Origin: an uncultured Methanosarcinales archaeon
GTDB lineage: Archaea > Nanobdellota > Nanobdellia > Woesearchaeales > GW2011-AR9
NCBI GenBank assembly: GCA_964344235.1
Contig: CAYFMJ010000014.1
Span: 1-21,095 of the forward strand
Reading direction: 5' to 3'
Length of the DNA stretch: 21,095 nt
Below, in pieces: positions 17,514 to 21,095 of the stretch; positions within the stretch are counted from its first letter, which is position 1; every line of letters starts with the position of its first letter. The notes beneath the pieces are model-generated. The model was given only the letters and a program-made list of their open reading frames with translations. It was not told the origin of the DNA and ran no database searches. The position numbers and the translations under genes were made by a program.

Positions 17514-19565
17514 ATGGCAGAACCGAAATCCACCAAAAATATTCGTATTTCGAAGCAGATTGTTGAACAGGTAATTGGCCAAGATGAGGCTGTGAAAGTT
17601 ATCAAGAAAGCAGCTCAGCAACGCAGACACGTTCTATTAATCGGAGAACCAGGAACAGGGAAATCGATGTTGGGGTTAGCCCTAGCAGAGTTATTGCCAA
17701 AATCAAGTTTGAAAGATATTTTATCCATCCAAAATGTGAATGATGAGAATAATCCGTTAGTCAAAGTCATCCCCGCGGGGAAAGGAAGAGAGGAAGTCAG
17801 TAAATTAGCTCTTGACTCTAAGCAGCTAATGAAAAATAATAATTTCTTGTTGTTTTTAGTAGCGATCTTCACGTTAATCGCACCATGGTGGGTGAGATCA
17901 CATTACAAATCAGATTTAATGTTCACAGCATTCTTCTTAGGAGGTATGTTATTCTTAGCTGCGTTTGCAATTATGATGAGTATGGGTCCTAGAATGTTTA
18001 AAGGACAGAAAGGAGCAGTACCACCAAAAACGATTGTGGATAATTTTGGTAAGAAACAAGCGCCGTTTTTTGACGCAACGGGTGCACATGCAGGTGCGTT
18101 ATTAGGGGATGTGCTTCACGATCCGTTTCAGACGTTTTTAGGGGAACTAGAGCTTAGTAAAATTAAACAGAATAGAATCCTCCCAGTGAAGCTTAGGGAA
18201 GAATTAGATAGATATTTTGATAAAGAAAAACACAAAATAGTAAAAAGCATTGAGAGAGATAACTACGAAGCTATCTTCTTACCAAAGAATAACCTGTCGG
18301 TACTTGGTGAAATCAACGGTTCTGTCTCTCCAGTTGAAGTTTTATCATCCAACCGGTATGATTATGACGGTGAAATGATAAAAATCACCACTTCCGAAAA
18401 CAAAGAACTTGTGATTACACCAGAGCATAGAATCGGTGTTTGGAAGAACGGAAAAGTGGCGTATATTGAAGCACGGGAGATACAACAAGGAGATGAGGTT
18501 GTAGCTAAGTCCGAGAATATTATCATCGATGAGCTAGATATTATCAACACATACGATGCACGACAACGGGAACAATGCAGACTTTACTATAGATATCAAG
18601 AAATTAAAGCGGAACAACCAACATGGGGTTACAAAAAGATCGCTAAGGCAATGGGCCAACCGATTGGGAAAACACGATGGTGGCATACTGGAAAACACGT
18701 TCCAGTTCCAATACAAACTATAAGGTGGCTAAAAGAACGTGGGCTTCTGCCGCTTACGATAGACAACCCAAAGCTCCCACTTATCGCAAAAGTGCTTGGA
18801 TCCAGTTTTGGAGATGGTGGAATATTTGAAAATCTCAATGCAATATTCCTTTCGAGTTCGGAACTAAGAGCAACGGAAGAATTTGGAGAGGACTTAGTGA
18901 GAATATTCGGTGAAGAAGTTGAAGAAAACACGAGGACAATCGAAGCGGGAATTGAAGGGCATTCTTGGTGCTATCAAAACACCAATAGAAAAGTGATTAG
19001 ATTTTTTGTTGCTTTAGGAGCTCCACAAGGAAAAAAGACAGTACAGGAACTCACATTTCCTACATGGGTAAAGCTTAAAGATTATATTGAGAAAGAATTC
19101 TACGGTTCTTTCATTGGTAGCGAGTTAGGAACACCAATTATTCATAAACATGGTAACTATCTAACAAGTTTGGAGGTAGGGACCTCAAGTGCCCCGCAAT
19201 TAAAAGAGAATAGGTTGGAGACACTGAGAAATCTCGAAGATTACCTACAAAGGAATAGGGTCAGTACCACATCAATTTATCAAGGGAAATCAAATACGGA
19301 AGGGAACCTTGTTTATAGATTGCTTATTGAAAAGAAAATGGATAATGTTATTTTATTCTTAATGAATATCAAAATAAATTATTGCGTCTATAAAGTTGAA
19401 AGGTTATACAAAGCGTTAGGACAATGGGCTGATCTCAAGAAAAAGAAGTACTTTGAGTTACTGGAAAGAGGGTACGGCTCCGAGAGAGCGATGAAAGTGT
19501 TAAACTTAACACCAAATGCCCTTTACTTATTATTAAATCATTTTGGATCAGAGGTTAAAACATGA
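17514..19565 (+). CDS. lonB: LonB protease N-terminal part (AAA+ Walker A, TM hairpin) fused to the N-terminal intein fragment with a LAGLIDADG endonuclease
   Basis: [18 protein letters not shown], two TM helices and [13 protein letters not shown], then an intein. The ORF track starts at TTG 17508; ATG 17514 is the likely start. Confidence 0.9.
   Translation: MAEPKSTKNIRISKQIVEQVIGQDEAVKVIKKAAQQRRHVLLIGEPGTGKSMLGLALAELLPKSSLKDILSIQNVNDENNPLVKVIPAGKGREEVSKLALDSKQLMKNNNFLLFLVAIFTLIAPWWVRSHYKSDLMFTAFFLGGMLFLAAFAIMMSMGPRMFKGQKGAVPPKTIVDNFGKKQAPFFDATGAHAGALLGDVLHDPFQTFLGELELSKIKQNRILPVKLREELDRYFDKEKHKIVKSIERDNYEAIFLPKNNLSVLGEINGSVSPVEVLSSNRYDYDGEMIKITTSENKELVITPEHRIGVWKNGKVAYIEAREIQQGDEVVAKSENIIIDELDIINTYDARQREQCRLYYRYQEIKAEQPTWGYKKIAKAMGQPIGKTRWWHTGKHVPVPIQTIRWLKERGLLPLTIDNPKLPLIAKVLGSSFGDGGIFENLNAIFLSSSELRATEEFGEDLVRIFGEEVEENTRTIEAGIEGHSWCYQNTNRKVIRFFVALGAPQGKKTVQELTFPTWVKLKDYIEKEFYGSFIGSELGTPIIHKHGNYLTSLEVGTSSAPQLKENRLETLRNLEDYLQRNRVSTTSIYQGKSNTEGNLVYRLLIEKKMDNVILFLMNIKINYCVYKVERLYKALGQWADLKKKKYFELLERGYGSERAMKVLNLTPNALYLLLNHFGSEVKT
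18132..19562 (+). mobile_element. Intein N-fragment (IntN, 477 aa) with a LAGLIDADG homing endonuclease
   Basis: It starts after HDPFQ with TFLGE. Block B is LVITPEHRI, followed by [11 protein letters not shown]. Endonuclease motifs are [11 protein letters not shown] and [12 protein letters not shown]. No block F/G occurs before the TGA. Confidence 0.88.
19551..19555 (+). promoter_or_regulatory. SD-like site for the IntC-LonC ORF
   Basis: GAGGT lies 6 nt before ATG 19562, which overlaps the upstream TGA (ATGA). Confidence 0.55.
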
Positions 19566-19678
19566 AACTCACGAAACAGACTATCACAAAAGTGGAACGA
19601 ATTCCGTACAACGGCAAATTGTACAATATTACAACTAGCTCGGGAAATGTTATAGTCAACGGGGTTCTATGTAAAAAT
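19562..19678 (+). mobile_element. Intein C-fragment (IntC), blocks F/G
   Basis: [18 protein letters not shown] followed by Ser+1. Removing IntN and IntC restores the conserved Lon junction HDPFQ|SGGLGTP. Confidence 0.9.
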
Positions 19679-20935
19679 TCAGGAGGATTAGGAACACCAG
19701 CACACCAGAGAGTCGTTGCAGGGATGATTCACAAAGCACACTTAGGCGTATTGTTTATCGATGAGATTGCTACACTCCATCCACGAACGCAGCAGGAATT
19801 ATTGTCGGCATTACAAGAACGAAAATTCCCAATTACCGGACAGTCCGAGAGAAGTGCAGGAGCGATGGTACGAACGGAAGCAGTGCCATGTGATTTTGTG
19901 TTAGTAGCTGCGGGGAATTTAGACACGATTAAGAACATGCATCCAGCATTACGAAGCAGAATTAGAGGGTATGGATATGAAATTTATATGAATGAAACGA
20001 TGCCCGATACAAAGGAGAATAGAATGAAAATTGCTCGCTTTGTAGCACAGGAAGTGGAAAAAGAAAAAGGAAAAATTCCACATTTCGATTTATCAGGGAT
20101 TAACGGGATTATTGAAGAAGCCCGTAGACGGGCTAACAGAAAAGGACATTTAACATTGCATCTTAGAGGGTTAGGTGGTTTAGTACGAGCGGCGGGTGAT
20201 TTAGCACGAGAAGGGAAAGCAGAATTTGTGACAAAACAACATGTGAAGGAAGCGAAAACAGTTGCTCGGCCTCTTGAACAGCAAATTGCAGATAAATATA
20301 TTGAGCGGAAGAAGGAGTATGAAGTGATTATGACGTCTGGCAAGCAAGTTGGAAGAGTGAATGGTTTAGCGGTGATTGGTTCAGGCAGTGCGCATTCAGG
20401 AATTTTATTACCAATTGAAGCGGAAGTAACGATTGGTGGGAAAAAGTCAGAGTTTATTGCAACCGGAAAATTAGGAGAGATTGCAAAGGAAGCGATCAAG
20501 AACGTTTCCGCTATTGTATTAAAGTATTTCGGAGAAGACTTGAAGGAAAAGTATGATGTGTATGTACAATTCTTACAAACGTATGAAGGAGTTGAAGGGG
20601 ATTCCGCTTCCATTGCTGTAGCCACTGCGATTATTTCGGCGTTCAAAGGTATTCCTGTGAAGCAGGAGATAGCGATGACGGGTTCATTGTCAGTGAGAGG
20701 AGAAGTCTTACCAGTTGGAGGCGTTTCATCTAAAGTTGAGGCGGCGATTGATACTGGGGTGAAGACAGTTATTGTACCGAAATCCAATATGCAGGATATT
20801 ATTTTAGATAAAGAAAAGATGGCGAAGGTAAAGATTATTCCTGTAACGAAGATTGAGGAAGTTCTAGAGTATGCGTTAGACTGGAATGGGCAGAAGAAAG
20901 TCAAAGACAAGATTCTGAATGGGAAGAAAAAATAA
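19562..20935 (+). CDS. lonB: Intein C-fragment (39 aa) fused to the LonB C-terminal part (Walker B, sensor, Ser-Lys protease domain)
   Basis: [39 protein letters not shown]|SGGLGTP, then [20 protein letters not shown] (catalytic Ser) and GGVSSK (catalytic Lys). Confidence 0.9.
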   Translation: MKLTKQTITKVERIPYNGKLYNITTSSGNVIVNGVLCKNSGGLGTPAHQRVVAGMIHKAHLGVLFIDEIATLHPRTQQELLSALQERKFPITGQSERSAGAMVRTEAVPCDFVLVAAGNLDTIKNMHPALRSRIRGYGYEIYMNETMPDTKENRMKIARFVAQEVEKEKGKIPHFDLSGINGIIEEARRRANRKGHLTLHLRGLGGLVRAAGDLAREGKAEFVTKQHVKEAKTVARPLEQQIADKYIERKKEYEVIMTSGKQVGRVNGLAVIGSGSAHSGILLPIEAEVTIGGKKSEFIATGKLGEIAKEAIKNVSAIVLKYFGEDLKEKYDVYVQFLQTYEGVEGDSASIAVATAIISAFKGIPVKQEIAMTGSLSVRGEVLPVGGVSSKVEAAIDTGVKTVIVPKSNMQDIILDKEKMAKVKIIPVTKIEEVLEYALDWNGQKKVKDKILNGKKK

Positions 20936-20936
20936 G

Positions 20937-21033
20937 GTGTATTTAGTTAGTTTGCACGGCACGATTACGGGGACAATCCAATAACCAATTTTAGGTCCCC
21001 GTGTGCCTCCTTTGGCAAAACTACTAAATACGC
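20937..21033. ncRNA. Long imperfect hairpin (~31 bp of stem) downstream of lonB; candidate structured RNA of unknown family
   Basis: GTGTATTTAGT/ACTAAATACGC, AGTTTGC/GCA(A)AACT, GGCAC/GTGCC and ACGGGGAC/GTCCCCGT nested around a 20-nt loop. Confidence 0.45.
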
Positions 21034-21042
21034 ACAAATAGG

Positions 21043-21095
21043 TGTAGTATCCCGTTTTAACTACACAGTACATTAACCACTTTGGTGGTTATAAT
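21043..21095 (+). repeat. Right copy of the 53-bp terminal inverted repeat
   Basis: Exact reverse complement of 2-54. It begins TGTAGT and ends at the window edge with GGTGGTTATAAT. Confidence 0.9.

Noticed and set aside
19551-19565. Programmed -1 frameshift joining the lonB halves
   Set aside because: No canonical slippery heptamer, and a TAA in the -1 frame at 19556-58 leaves almost no window. Re-initiation or a sequencing indel explains it better.
19984-20910. 308-aa antisense ORF
   Set aside because: Lies opposite the conserved Lon protease domain and has no recognisable features.
20937-21036. Assignment of the hairpin as an H/ACA guide or SECIS
   Set aside because: No K-turn motifs, wrong pocket-to-ACA spacing and no archaeal SECIS GAA/A loop. 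The lonB TGA is followed by a frame change, not read-through.
20876-21073. 65-aa ORF on the - strand
   Set aside because: Runs from the terminal repeat through the hairpin into the lonB end, with no coding signal.
21043-21095. Terminal repeat as a CRISPR repeat
   Set aside because: Only two copies, inverted and 21 kb apart, with no spacers or cas genes.

Overview
A 21 kb segment of an archaeal chromosome, most likely DPANN (Woesearchaeota-like). The lineage is inferred from TTTATATA/TTTATAAA promoters about 20-25 nt before ATG, bulge-helix-bulge (BHB) tRNA introns, membrane-anchored LonB, Taw3, AMP phosphorylase and a PGF-pre-PGF protein. It holds two small hypotheticals, two paralogous acidic surface/S-layer-like proteins (485 and 1748 aa), taw3, trmI, dut, AMP phosphorylase, a sequon-rich PGF-pre-PGF surface protein, a secreted CotH-family kinase, tRNA-Val(UAC) with two introns, a CDP-alcohol phosphatidyltransferase, scpA and lonB. 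The most striking feature is lonB. It is broken into two ORFs inside its intein, with an ATGA stop/start overlap and a Shine-Dalgarno (SD) site. This gives LonN-IntN with a LAGLIDADG endonuclease and a 39-aa IntC-LonC, the layout of a naturally split, trans-splicing intein; a one-base homopolymer error must be excluded. Both window ends carry the same 53-bp sequence in inverted orientation, probably the end of a multicopy IS-like element that broke the assembly. A ~97-nt unexplained hairpin follows lonB.
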